From the NCBI RefSeq assembly GCF_009914755.1, contig NC_060947.1: a DNA stretch of 64,000 nucleotides. One strand, written 5' to 3'. Under the pieces are notes generated by a model. It was not told the origin of the DNA and searched no databases. It worked only from the letters and a program-made list of their open reading frames with translations. The translations under genes were made by a program, and so were the position numbers. This stretch comes from the human T2T-CHM13v2.0 reference genome, Homo sapiens. Shown here piece by piece: positions 13,408 through 27,509 of the stretch. Each line of letters opens with the position of its first letter. Position 1 is the first letter of the stretch.

Positions 13408-16004
13408 TTTGTCTGGTTTTGGTATCAGGAAAACACTCATAGAATGAGTTCAGAAGTATTCCCTCCTCCTCTACCTTTTGAAGTACTTTGAGTAGGATTG
13501 GTATTTGTTCTTCTTTAAATGTTTGGCGCAATTCAGCAGTGAAGCCATTGGGTACCAGGCTTTACTTTGCTGGGAGACTTTAATTATGGCTTCCATCTCA
13601 TTACTTGTTATTGTTCTGTTCAGGTTTTAAATTTCCTCATGGTTCCGTCTTTGTAGGTTGTATGTGTGTATGAATTTATCCATTTCTTCAAGGTTTTCAA
13701 ATCTACAGGCATATAGTTGCTCACAGTAGCCTCTAACGATCCTTTGAATTTCTGCACTATCAGTTGTAATGTCTCCCTTATCATCCCTGATTTTATTTAT
13801 TTGGTTCTTTTCTTTTATTTCTCATTTATTCTGGCTAAAAGTGGGTCCATTTGGTTTCTCTTTTGAAAAAACCAACTTTTCATTTCATTGATCTTGTGCA
13901 TTGTTTTCTTCGTTTAGATTTTATGTATTTCTGCTCTGATCTTTATTATTTCTTTTCTTCTATTAATTTTGAGATTGGTTTGCTCTTGCTTTTCTAGTTT
14001 CTTAAGATGCACTGTTAGGTTGTTAGGTTGTTTACCTGAAGTTTTTCTACTTTTTTGATATAGGGGCTTATAACTGTTAAGCTTCCCGCTTAGTATTGCT
14101 TTTGCTGCAACCCACAGGTTTTGGCAGTTTGTGTTTCCACTATCATTTGTTTTAAGACATTTTTCAATTTCCTTCTTAATTTTTTCATTGACCCACTGCT
14201 CATTCAGGAACACATTCTTTAAATTGCACATTTTTGTATAGTTCCCAAAATTTCCCTTGTTATTGGTTTCAAGTTTTATTCCATTTTGGTCACAGAAGAT
14301 ACTTGATATTATTTCAATTTTTTGAATGTTTTAAGATTTGTCTTGTGGCCTAACATGCGGCATATCCTTGAGAACTTATCCACGTGCTGAGGAGAATGAT
14401 GTGTATTCTACAGCTGTTGGAGGAAATGTTCTGTAAATACCTGTTAGGTCCATTTGGTGTATCGTGCAGAGCAAGTCCGATATTTCTTTGTTGAGTTTCT
14501 GTCTGGATGATCTGTTCAACGCTCAAAATGGGGTGTTGACGTCTCCAACTATTGTTTGTCTTTCAACACTGTAAGTCTTTTAGTTTGTTTCCACGATGCT
14601 TCGTGGTTTTGCAGAGTATAAGTTTTGCACTTTCTGTTAGGTTTATTCCCATGTATTTTATTATTTCTGCTGCTATTGCAAATGGAATTGTTTTCTTAAT
14701 TTTGTATTCAATGTCCTTTTTGCTACTCTATAGGAATAGAAATTATTTTCGTGTATTGACGTTGTATTCCTTCACTTTGCCAAATTCAGTATTTGTCTTT
14801 AAAGTCTTTTAGTGGATTCCTTAAGATTCTATAATTACAAGATGATGCCGTATGCTAATAGAGGTAGTTTTATGTCTTCATTTCCCATCTTTTTGAAAAC
14901 CAGGTACCATGGCCACAACCCTCAATACATTGTTGAGTAGTAGTGGCTACATCAGGCATCCTTGTGCTGTTTCAGACATTAAGGGTAAAAGATTCGGTCT
15001 TCTGCCATTAAATATGATGTTACCTGTGGGTGTTCTTTATCATAGGTGCTCTTTATCAGTTTGAGGAAAATTCCCTTCTATTCCCAGTTTTTTTTTTCTT
15101 GAGTGTATTTCTTATGACAGGCTGTTGAACTTTTTCAAATGCTTCTTCTGCATAAATTGAGATGAATACGTGTTTTTTGAATGATTATCTGTTCATATGA
15201 TAAAATCCATTTATTGATGTGTAGCTGTTAAAGCAACCTTATGTGCCTGAGATAAATGCCACTTGGTCACCGAGTATAAATATTTTTGTATGTTGCTGGA
15301 TTTGGTTTGCTAATATTTTGTTGGGGATTTTTTCTGTTCTATTCATAGTTTTGCTTTTGAGTCTATATATGATTTTGTTGCCAGGCTTATGAGTTATGAA
15401 GTTTTCCCTCCTCTTCTATTTTTTTGGAAGAACTGTTGAAGAATTGCTATTAATTCTTATTTACATATTTAGTAGAATTAACCATTGAAGCCATCTGAGC
15501 CTGATCTTTTTTTCTGGGTAGTTTTTTTGCTTTTTGTTTTTTGTTTTTAATTACTATTTCATTCTGTTTCATTTTCATAGATCTATTTAACTTGTGTATT
15601 TCTCCTCCAGCCAGTTTGCATGGTATATGTATACCTAGAAATTCATCCATTTCATCTAAGCCATCAAATCTATTGGCATACAATTGTTCATATTATTTCT
15701 TTATAATTCTTTATTTTTCCATAATGTAGATAGCAGTGTCTCCTCTTTCTTTCTTGATTTCAGCGAATAGAACCTCCTCACTTTTCTCTTGATCAATCTG
15801 GCTTACAGTTTGTCAATTTTGTTGACTTCTTCAAGGAATCAGATTTTTGTTTCATTGGTTTATCTCTGTTATTTTTCCACTCTTCATTTCATTAATTCAT
15901 GCTCTAATCAGTGTCCACTTTTCTCTTCGATTTGCTTAGGTTTAGTTTGCTCTTTTTCCCAGGGTCTCAATGCGGAGGGTAAGGTTATTGACCCGAGATA
16001 TTTC

Positions 16005-16268
16005 TTTTTTTTTTTTTTTGTTTTTTGAGACGGAGTCTCGCTGTCGCCCAGGCTGGAGTGCAGTGGCGCAATCTCGGCCCACTGCAGGCTCCGCCCCCTG
16101 GGGTTCACGCCATTCTCCTGCCTCAGCCTCCCGAGTAGCTGGGACTACAGGCGCCCGCCACCTCGCCCGGCTAATTTTTTGTATTTTTAGTAGAGACGGG
16201 GTTTCACCGTGTTAGCCAGGATGGTCTCGATCTCCTGACCTCGTGATCCACCCGCCTCGGCCTCCCAA
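16005..16268 (-). mobile_element. AluY, slightly 5'-truncated
   Basis: AluY diagnostics (gttcacgccattctcc, accgtgttagccaggatgg); TSD ccgagat(a/g)tttctt at ~15993 and ~16269. Confidence 0.92.
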
Positions 16269-19200
16269 CCGAGATGTTTCTTATTTTTTTTTAGTATCAG
16301 CATTTAGAGCTATACATTTTCTTCTAAGCACTGCTTAACTGCATCCCAAAAGTTTGACATGCTGAGTCTTCATTTTCATATATCTCAAAAAGTATTTTCT
16401 AGTTTCCCTTTTGATTTCTTCTCTGACCCTTGATTATTTAGGAGTTTGTTGATTTCTTTATGCTCATGTATTTCCCACTAATGTATGTTTTATTGATGTA
16501 TAACTTCATTCCATTGTGGTTTGGGGGCCTACTTTATATTATTTCTATCCTTTTACATTTATTAAGGTGTTTTATAGCCCACCGTATGGTCTATCCTGGA
16601 GAACATTTCAGGTGTACTTGAGAAGAACATATATTCTGATGTTGTTGGGTGTAGTGTTCTATAAATGTCTGTTAGGACCATTTGATTTATTGCTTTTTCA
16701 AATCTAGTATATCCTTGTTGGTATTCTGACTAGCTTTTCTATTCATTATTGAAAGCAAGGTATTGAAGTCTCAAACAATGATTGCTGAATTATCTATTCC
16801 CCTTTTCATTTCTGTCAGCATTTACTTCAGGTATTTTGGTGTTCTGTTGTGCAGTGCAAATATATTTATAATTTATATATCTTCCTCTTCACACTTTTAT
16901 AATTGTAGAATGTTCATGTTTTATCTCTAGTCATAGTTTGTGTTTTAAACTCTATTTTTTCTGGGGTTGACAAAACTACTCCAGCTCTCTTGCGGTTGCT
17001 GTTTTCAGTGTATTTATTTTCTCAACCTTTTACATTCTAACTATTTGTGCCTTTGAATCCGAAGTGTGTGTCTTGTAGACAGCATCTAGTTCAACCATGT
17101 TTTTATTACATCCTGCCAATATCTGCTTTAAAATACATTTGTATTGTTCAGTCTATTCACACTGAACTTAATGTAATTACTTAATGTAATTACTGTTGGG
17201 GTAGAATTTATGCCTGCCGTTTTTTGTATTTTCTTTCTCATGTCTTACTGTTCCTCTGTCCCTGCACTGACGTATTCTTTTCTGCTAAACAGATATTTTC
17301 TCATATACTCTATTCATTTACCTGTTGTTTCTTTATTGTATTTTTGGGTTGTTTTCTTAGTGGTTGCCCCACAGATTACAGATCACATTTTAACTCAAAA
17401 GAATCTAGTTCAGATTGATACCACCTTAATTTCAATATTACACAAAACTGTGACCCTATAAAGCTGAAGAGTCTCTTCTCCTTTGTGCTACTATTGTCAT
17501 AAAATTACTTCTTTATACCTGTGATGCCCATCTAGGTAGTTCTATAATGATTGCTTTATGCAACAATTGTCCTTTAAATCAGGTAAAAGAAGGGAAGAGT
17601 TACAAACAACAATACATTCGTACAGTCTTTTATCAATGCTGTTGTAGTTAGTTACCTTTAATGGTGTTCTTATTTATTCATCGGGATTTGAGTTACTGTC
17701 TACTGTCTTTTCCAGATTTCCCTTTAATATTTTTTTGTAAGGGAAGTCTGCTGATGATACATTGACTCAGCTTTTCTTTATCAGGGGATAGCTTTACTTC
17801 ATCATCATTTTTGAGGGAGAGTATTTCTGGATGGAACATTCTTGGTTAACTGTTTGTTGTTGTTGTTGTTGTTTTCATTAACCCCTTTGACTGTGACTTC
17901 TCACTACCTTTTGGTCCCCTTGGTTTCTGATAAGAACTCGGTTGTTAATCTTACTGGGGATCCCTTGTGTGTGGTGAGCTGTTTTTCTTTGCTGCTTTCC
18001 ACATTCTCTCATTGTCTTTGATTTTCAACAGTTTGGCTAAGATGTGCCTCGGTGAAGATTTTCTTGAATTCATCCTCTTTGGAGTTTCTGTGGTTCTCAT
18101 TTGTGTCCATTAATAATTTGAATCAAACTTGGGGAGTTTGGGCCATTATTGTTTCAAATGTTCTCTCTTTCTCGAGTTCCCATTTCTGTTGAGCCCCTCT
18201 AGTGAGTTTTTCGCTGTAGTTATTGTACATTTCCACTTCAGAATTTCTGCTTGGGTGTTTTAAAAACACTAATTTATATTCTGTGATGATTTCTCTATTT
18301 GTTGAGACATCATTCTCATACTTCTCTTTAATTCTTTTCACATGGTTTCCTTTAGTTGTTTGAACATATTCACAATAGCTGATTTGAAGTCTTTTTCTAG
18401 TAAGTCCAATGTCTGAGCTTCTCTCTGCGTGTTCCATACTCTCCTGTTTCTTTGCACGTCTCGTAAGTTTTTTGTTGAAAACTGGACACTTTAACTAATA
18501 GAACGTGGCAACGCTGAAATTCAGACTCTCCCTTCTTTCAAGGTATTGTTGTTGTTGTTTGGTGCTATTAATCCTGCTGTCACTTGTTTGTTTAGTGACT
18601 TTTCTGAACTACTTCTGTAAAGTCTGTATCCTCTGTTATGTGTGGCTACTGAATGCCCTGCTTGGTTGGCTTAGTGGTGACCTGGTGATTGGACAGAGAT
18701 GTCTTTATATGCCTGGAAAAGGTAAGTTTCCCAGTCATTGCCATGGGGCTCTGTGGATATGTTGGACATGCCTTCAACTCGCAGCCAGGCAATTGACAAC
18801 TCTTTCACAGAGCCTCAAAATAAACCAGAGTTGGCCGTTTAGGCACCTTTTGGGTCTTTGCAGACCATGTCATAGTCCTAGGTGAGTGTCTGGCCTTCTA
18901 GATTCCCAGGAATAGGTAATCGCTTTTAAAAGTCCCAATGGACACCTCGTTACCTAGATTTCCTTTTAAGGTATCGGTTAGCCTATTGTGTGCCCCAAGT
19001 GTTATCCATTGCCTGAGGCAGCTGCAATATTGAGCAATTGCCTCCAAATATTTTTCACAAATGCATCCAGGGAAAAAGGCGTTTCAAACTGGGCACACTC
19101 TGAGTCAGTCCAAATAAAGACAGCCATGTAAGTAGGGCCTTCCCGGGAACTACCAGACAGATCAAATAATGACAATTCTCGGGAATGCGGCTTTGCAGGA

Positions 19201-20429
19201 GCTCCAACCCTGTTCTGTTCCCTCTGGTGGCTGCCAGGCTGCTGGTTTTCACCATGATTGCAGGCTGTTGGTATTCAAGGCTACCATGGAGCTGCATAAA
19301 GGGCCATGAGGATAGGGCTAGTTGAAATGTCACATAGTTCACTGTTCCTAAAAAGATTCTGCTGTTTTTCTTGAATAAACACGCCCAAGGTTGCCCCTCA
19401 GCTTTAGGTGAATTTGCAGGTTTCCGAAAACATTCATTTTGACAATTTTTGCCAGTTTTCTCATTGCATTTACGAAGGGGAGAATTTTTAGAGGTCCTTA
19501 CGTTGCTGATGTTGCTGACTCTCTGCACGAGTTTTCATTATACCTATCCATGAGGGTGTCTGTTGTTAGGTGGTCCCTCTGTGCTCGGAACTTACGTATC
19601 TCTCAATAATCACTTTACGGGTTACCGACCATGTGAAAGGGACCACAACCGGAGCTCTAGAAGCAAAGATGTATAGCTCACCACCTTTGATCTCAAAGTT
19701 GTCATTCTCAAGTAGATTCCATTTAACCAAAACATTTAAAGCCTTATGATCACCAAGCCTGCATCTGGTCACCAAATTATTTCTTAATTCAGTAAGATGG
19801 GGGCAGGGATGGAGGATCAAGGATGTGGGCTGTTTTTGGCCACCGTGTCTTAAATATAACCAGGCTTTTACCTGCATATTTGGCAGCAGCCTGGCTAGTA
19901 TCTCTTGTCACAACAGGTTTTATTCCTAGCCACTTCAGAAGTGGCTGGGAGCCTCAGGGAGTAAGAGTGCAGATGAGGTGCTGCAGAGATGTCCCATATG
20001 AAGAGCTAGAAACTGAAATTTATTTCAACAACTGGGCTTGGTTTTGAATAACTCCTTAGCACCAATCTAGGATTTCCCACTGAAATGGCTTGATTTATAT
20101 CGATGCAGCCCACCACCTGGGCAGTTATTAATAGGCCTTTAGGTAGAAAGCAGCAGGGACCCAAGAGACTGCTCTTTACACCACAGCGTGGAAACATAAC
20201 TCCATCCCTCTCCTTTTGAATCAACCTCTGCATATCAACAAACATCACATGGTCATTGATCGAGGATCCCGTTAGTAACCTAAGACTTGAGTTTACATAG
20301 AATAACCTGTCTCTGAAACCCTTTGAACTGAAGCTGCTAACTTACTCACAACCTGTTTGTTGAGGGCGTGACTTCTCAAAGTATTCTGGTGCCTTGGATA
20401 AATATGTCTGTAAAGTTGCCAAGAGCCTT

Positions 20430-20670
20430 CAAATGACAGTATAATGTTTAAGAGTCAGACAAATTTTACTCTGAATCCAGGCTCTGCCACTTTCTTTCCC
20501 GTGACCATGGATAAATGACTTAGCTTCCCTCAACCTCAGATTCCTAACTTGCAAAACTGAGGATAAGACTAAAGGGATTGTAGGAATTAAAGATGACAAT
20601 ACGTGTAAAGCATGTGGTGCACTATCCGGCAGCCAGCTAATGCTTCAAAAAATATTAGGTTTAGTTACTA
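20430..20670 (+). mobile_element. MIR
   Basis: ctgaatccaggctctgccact...gtgaccatggataaatgacttagc...ctcagattcctaacttgcaaaactgagg. Confidence 0.75.
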
Positions 20671-20684
20671 TTGAGCAACGTCTT

Positions 20685-23600
20685 TTTTTATTTTCATTTT
20701 TATTTTTATTTTTATTTTTATTATACTTTAAGTTCTGGGGTACATGTACAGAACGTGCAGGTTTGTTACATAGGTATACATGTGCCATGGTGGTTTTATG
20801 CACCCATCAACCCGTCATCTACATTAGGTATTTCTCCTAATGCTATCCCTCCCCCAGCCCCCCACCCCCGGACAGGACCCGGTGTGTTATGTTCCCCTCC
20901 CTGTGTCCATGTGTTCTCATTGTTCAACTCCCACTTATCAGTGAGAACATGTGGTGTTTGATTCTCCGCTCTTGTGTTAGTTTGCTGAGAATGATGGCTT
21001 CCAGCTTCATCCATGTCCCTGCAAAGGACATTAACTCACCCTTTTTTATGGCTGCATAGTATTCCACGGTGTACGTGTGCCACATTTTCTTCTTTATCCA
21101 GTCTATCATTGATGGGCATTTGGGTTGGTTCCAAGTCTTTGCTATTGTGAACAGTGCCGCAATAAACATACGTGTACATGTGTCTTTATAGTGGAATGAC
21201 TTATAATCCTTCGGGTGTACACCCAGTAATGGCATTGCTGGGCCAAATGGTATTTCTAGTTCTAAATCCTTGAGGCATCACCACACTTTCTTCCGTTTGA
21301 ACTAATTCACACTCCCACCAACAGTGTAAAAGCGTTCCTGTTTCTCCACATCCTCTCCAGCATCTGACGTTTCCTGACTTTTTAATGACTGCCGTTCTAA
21401 CTGGTGTCAGATGGTATCTCACTGTGGTTTTGATTTGCATTTCTCTAATGATCGGTGATGATGAGCATTTTTTTCATATGTTTGTTGGCTGCATAAATGT
21501 TTTCTTTTGAGAAGTGTCTGTTCATATCCTTTGCCCACTTTTTGATGGGGAAGTTTGTTTTTTTCCTTGTGAATTTGTTTAACTTATTTGTAGATCCTGG
21601 ATATTAGCCCTTTGTCAGATGGATAGAGTGCAAAAATTTTCTCCCTTTCTGTAGGTTGCCTGTTCCCTCTGATGATAGTTCCTTTTGCTGTGCAGAAGCT
21701 CTTTCATTTAATTAGATCCCATTTGTCAATTTTGGCTTTTGTTGCCATTGCTTTTGCTGTTTTAGTCGTGAGATCTTTGCCCATGCCTATGTCCTGAATG
21801 GTATTGCCTAGGTTTTCTTCTAGGATTTTTATGGTTTTAGGTCTTATGTTTAACTTTTTAATCCATCTTGAGTTAATTTTTGTATAAGGTGTAAGGAAGG
21901 GATCCAGTTTCAGCTTTCTGCATATGGCTAGCCAATTTTCCCAACACCATTTATTAAATAGGGAATCTTTTCTCCATTGCTTGTTTTTGTCAGGGTTGTC
22001 AGAGATCAGGTGGTTGTAGATGCGTGGTGTTATTTTGGAGGCCTCTGTTCTGTTCCATTGTTCTATATATCTGTTTTGCTACCAGTACCTCGCTGTTTTG
22101 GTTACTGTAGCCTTGTAATGTAGTTTGAAGTCAGGTAGCCTGATGCCTCCAGCTTTGTTCTTTTGGCTTAGGATTGTCTTGGCTATGTGGCCTCTTTTTT
22201 GGTTCCACATGAGCTTTAAAGTAGTTTTTTCCAATTCTGTGAAGAAAGTCAATGGGGATAGCATTGAATCTATAAATTACTTTGGGCAGTATGGCCATTT
22301 TCACAATATTGATTCTTCCTATCCATGAACATGGAATGCTCTTCCATGTGTTTGTGTCCTCTTTTAATGCCTTGAGCAGTGGTTTGTAGTTCTCCTTGAA
22401 GAGGTCCTTCGTATCCCTTGTCAGTTGTATTCCTGGGTATTTTATTCTCTTAGTAGCAGTCGTGAATGGGAGTTCACTCATGATTTGGCTCTCTGTTTGT
22501 CTGTTACGGGTGTGTAGGAATGCTTGTGATTTTTTGACCTTGATTTCGTATCCTGAGATTTTGCTGAAGTTGCTTATCAGCTGAAGGAGATTTTGGGCTG
22601 AGACGATGGGGTTTTCTAAATATACAGTCATGTCATCTGCAAGCAGAGACAATTTGACTTCCTCTTTTCCTAATTGAATACCCTTTATTTCTTTCTCTTG
22701 CCTGATTTCCCTGGCCAGATCTTCCAATACTATGTTGAATAGGAGTGGTGAGAGAGGGCATCCTTGTCTTGTGCCAGTTTTCAAAGGGAATGCTTCCAGT
22801 TTTTGCCCATTCAGTATGATATTGGCTGTGGGTTTCTCATAAATAACTCTTATTATTTTGAGATACGTTCCATGAATACCTAGTTTATTGAGAGTTTTTA
22901 GCATGAAGGGCTGTTGAATTTTGTTGAAGACCTTTTCTGCATCTGTTGAGATAATCATGTGGTTTTTGTCATTGGTTCTGCTTATGTGACGGATTACGTT
23001 TATTGATTTGTGTATGTTGAAGCAGCCTTCCATCCCAGGGATGGAGCCGACTTGATCGTGATGGATAAGCTTTTTGATGTGCTGCTGTATTTGGTTTAGC
23101 CAGTATTTTGTTGAGGATTTTCCCATCGATTTTCGTCAGGGATATTGGCCTGAAATTTCCTTTTTTTGTTGTGTCTCTGCCAGGTTTTGGTATCAGGATG
23201 ATGCTGGCCTCATAAAATGAGTTCAGGAGGTTTCCCTCTTTTTCTATTGTTTGGATTCGTTTCAGAAGGAATGGTACCAGCTCCTCTTTGTACCTCTGGT
23301 AGAATTCGGCTGTGAATCCGTCTGGTCCTGGACATGTTTTGGTTGGTAGGTTATTAATTACTGCCTCAATTTCAGAACTTGTTATTGGTCTATTCAGGGA
23401 TTTGACTTCTTCCTGATTTAGTCTTGGGAGGGTGTATGTGTCCAGGAATTTATCGATTTCTTCGAGATTTTCTAGTTTATTTGCATAGAGGTGTCTATAG
23501 TATTCTCTGGTGGTAGTTTGTATTTCTGTGGGATCGGTGGTGACGTCCCCTTTATCATTTTTTATTGCGTCTGTTTGATTCTTCTCTCTTTTCTTCTTTA

Positions 23601-26600
23601 TTAGTCTGGCTAGCGGTCTACCTATTTTGTTGATCTTTTCAAAAAACCAGCTCCTGGATTCATTGATTTTTTGAAGGGTTTTTTGTGTCTCTCTCTCTCC
23701 TTCAGTTCTGCTTTGATCTTAGTTATTTCTTATCTTCTGCTAGCTTTTGAATTTGTTTGCTCTTGCTTCTCTAGTTCTTTTAATTGTGACGTTACAGTGT
23801 CGATTTTAGATCTTTCCTGCTTTCTCTTGTGGGCATTTAGTGCTATGAATTTCCCTCTACACACTGCTTTGAATGCGTCCCAGAGATTCTGGTACGTGGT
23901 GTCTTTGTTCTCATCGGTTTCAAAGAACATCTTTATTTCTGCCTTCATTTCGTTATTTAGCCAGTAGTCATTCGGGAACAGGTTGTTCAGTTTCCATGTA
24001 GTTGTGCGGTTTTGAGTGAGTTTCTTAATTCTGAGTTCAATTTCATTGCACTGCGGTCTGAGAGACAGTTTGTTATGATTTCCATTTTTTCGTTTGCATT
24101 TGCTGAGGAGTGTTTTACTTCCAATTGTGTGGTCAGTTTTAGAATAAGTGCGATGGGGTGCTGAGAGGAATGTATATTCCATTGACTTGGGGTGGAGAGT
24201 TCTGTAGATGTCCGTTAGGTCTGCTTCACCCACTATTATTGTGTGCGAGTCTAAGTCTCTTTGTAGGTCTCTAAGGACTTGCCTTATGAGGCTGGGTGCT
24301 CCGGTATTGGGTGCATATGCATTTAGGATAGTTAGCTCTTCCTGTTGCATTGATCCCTTTACCATTATGTAATGCCCTTCTTTGTCTCTTTTGATCCTCG
24401 TTGATTTAAAGTCTGCTTCATCAGAGACTAGGATTGCAACCCCTGCTTTTCTTTGCTTTCCATTTGCTTGGTAAATCTTCCTCCATCCCTTTGTTTTGAG
24501 CCTATGTGTGTCTTTGCCCGTGAGATGGGTCTCCTGAATACAGCACACCGATGGGTCCTGACTCTTTATCCAATTTGCCAGTCTGTGTCTTTTAAGTGGG
24601 GCACTTAGCCCGTTTACATTTAAGGTTAATGTTGTTATGTGTGAATTCGTTCCTGTCAATATGATGCTAGCTGGTTATTTTGCCTGTTACTTGATGCAGT
24701 TTCTTCATAGCGTCGATGGTCTTTACAATTTGGCATGTTTTTGCAGTGGCTGATACCGGTTGTTCCTTTCCGTATTGAGTGCTTCCCTCAGGAGCTCTTG
24801 TAAGGCAGGCCTGGTGGTGACCAAATCTCTCAGCATTTGCTTGTCTGTAAAGGATTTTATTTCTCCTTCACTTATGAAGCTTAGTTTGGCTGGATATGAA
24901 ATTCTGGGTTGAAAATCCTTTTCTGTAAGAATGTTGAATATTGAGCCCCACTCTCTTCTGGCTTGTAGGATTTCTTCAGAGAGATCCGCTGTTAGTCTGA
25001 TGGGATTCCCTTTGTGGGTAACCCGGCCTTTCTCTCTGGCTGTGCTTTAACATTTTTTTCCTTCATTTCAACCTTGGTGAATCTGACGATTATGTGTCTT
25101 GGGTTTGCTCTTCTTGAGGAATATCTTTGTGGTGTTCTCTGTATTTCCCGAATTTGAATGTTGGCCTGTCTTGCTAGGTTGGGGAAGTTCTCTTGGATAA
25201 TATCCTGAAGAGTGTCTTCCAACTTGGTTCCATTCTCCCCGTCACCTTCAGGTACACCAATCAAACGTAGGTTTGGTCTTTTCACATAGTCCCATATTTC
25301 TTGGAGACTTTGTTCGTTTCTTTTCACCCTTTTTTCTCTAATCTTGTCTTCTCGCTTTATTTCATTGAGTTGATCTTCAATCTCTGATATCCTTTCTTCC
25401 ACTTGATTGATTCGGCTATTGATACTTGTGTATGCTTCACGAAGTTCTCGTGCTGTTTTTTTCAGCTCCATCAGGTCATCCATGTTCTTCTCTAAACTGG
25501 TTATCCTAGTTAGCAATTCATCGAACCCTTTTTCAAGGTCCTTAGCTTCCTTGCGTTGGGTTAGAACGTGCTCCTTTAGCTTGGAGGAGTTTGTTATTAC
25601 CCACCTTCTGAAGCCTACTTCGGTCAATTAGTCAAACTCATTCTCCGTCCAGTTTTGTTCCCTTGATGGTGAGGAGTTGTGATCCTTTGGAGGAGAAGAG
25701 GTGTTCTGGTTTTTGGAATTTTCAGCCTTTTTGCGCTGGTTTCTCCACATCTTCGTGGATTTATCTACCTTTGGTCTTTGATGTTGGTGACCTTCGGATG
25801 GGGTCTCTGAGTGGACGTCCTTTTTGTTGATGTTGATACCGTTCCTTTCTGTTTGTTAGTTTTCCTTCTAACAGTCAGGCCTCTCTGCTGCAGGTCTGCT
25901 GGAGTTTGCTGGAGGTCCACTACAGACCCTGTTTGCCTGGGTATCACCAACGGAAGCTGCAGAACAGCAAAGATTGCTGCCTGGTCCTTCCTCTGGAAGC
26001 TTCGTCCCAGAGGGGCACCCCCCACATGCCAGCCAGAGCTCTCCTGTATGAGGTGTCTGTTGGACCCTACTGGGAGGTGTCTCCCAGTCAGGATACATGG
26101 GGGTCAGGGACCCACTTGAGGAGGCAGTCCTTCCCTTATCACAGCCTGAACACTGTGCTGGAAGAACTGCTGCTCTCTTCAAAGCTGTCAGGCAGGGACG
26201 TTTAAGTCTGCTGAAGCTGTGCCCACAGCCGCCCCTTCCCCCAGGTGCTCTGTCCCAGGGAGATGGGGGTTTTATCTGAAAGTCCCTGCCTGGGGATGCT
26301 GCCTTTTTTTCAGAGATGCCCTGCTTAGAGAGGAGGAATCTAGAGAGGCAGTCATCCTTGCTGAGCTGCGGTGGACTCCGCCCAGTTCAAACTTCCCAGA
26401 GGCTTTGTTTACACAGTGAGGGTAAAACCGCCTACTCAAGCCTCGGCAGTGGCGGATGCTCCTCCCCCCACCAAGCTCGAGCATCCCAGGTCGACCTCAG
26501 ACTGCTGTGCTAGCAGCGAGAATTTCAAGCCAGTGGATCTTAGCTTGCGGGGCTCCGTGGGGGTGGGACCCGCTGAGCCAGGCGCTGGAGAGAATCTCCT

Positions 26601-26917
26601 GGTCTGCCGGTTGTGAAGACCATGCGAAAAGTGCAGTATCTGGGCTGGAATGTACTGTTCCTCCCGGTACAGTCTATCACAGCTTCCCTTGGCTAGGAAA
26701 GGGAAATCCCCTGACCCCTTGTGCTTCCTGGGTGAGGCGACACCCCACCCTGCTCTGGCTTGCCCTCCGTGGGCTGCACGCACTGTCCATCCAGTACCAA
26801 CGAGATGAACTGGATACTTCAGTTAGAAATGCAGAAATCGCCCGCCTTCTGCGTCGATCTCACTGGGAGCTGCAGACCGGAGCTGTTCCTATTTGGCCAT
26901 TTTGCCAGCTCTACCTG
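20685..26917 (-). mobile_element. Full-length L1PA (about L1PA7), ORFs disrupted
   Basis: 5' UTR begins aaaatggccaaataggaacagctcc on - strand. ORF1 fragment at 24992-25627; ORF2 EN at 23730-24659 and RT at 22131-23126; poly(A). 13-bp TSD tgagcaac(g/c)tctt at 20672-20684 and 26918-26930. Confidence 0.95.
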
Positions 26918-27509
26918 TGAGCAACCTCTTAATGCCATAAACACCCAGTCTGTTTTAGTGACCCAAATTAAGAGATTTGGAATCCAGTTGCCTCACCTGA
27001 CCAACAGTGAGCTGCTTTTCCCCTGTGTTTCCACGGACGTAAAGTGGCCAGGGAGAGAGATCCTTCATGTTCATGACTCTCCCTGATATGCTTAGTGATG
27101 CTAGGTGACAACACAATCAATTCTCCTCAAATTAATGCACTTACATAATGGCCAATTTGCCACATTTACTGAATTTCCTGATTGTCATTTTAACAGCTTT
27201 CACAGGAGTACTAATTTTTGGTTATTAAAGATGAAATATACCTTTCTGAATATTAACTCAGTGGAGGTGGACATACCTTAGGAACTGGGGAAAAATCCAG
27301 AATTAAAGACTGAAAATTTTCTGAATTATTATTTTTTCAATCCAAAATCTGGCAGTTTGCATATGATAGAGTTCCTTAAATATTCTTGATATACGTGGGA
27401 GTCTTTCAAATACCATTAAAAAAAATCTATTCAACATACGTGCTTTTTTTTTTTCTTAGTGTTCTCTTGCATTTTTTTCAATGGCTTTATCAGACAGAAT
27501 TGCTTATTT

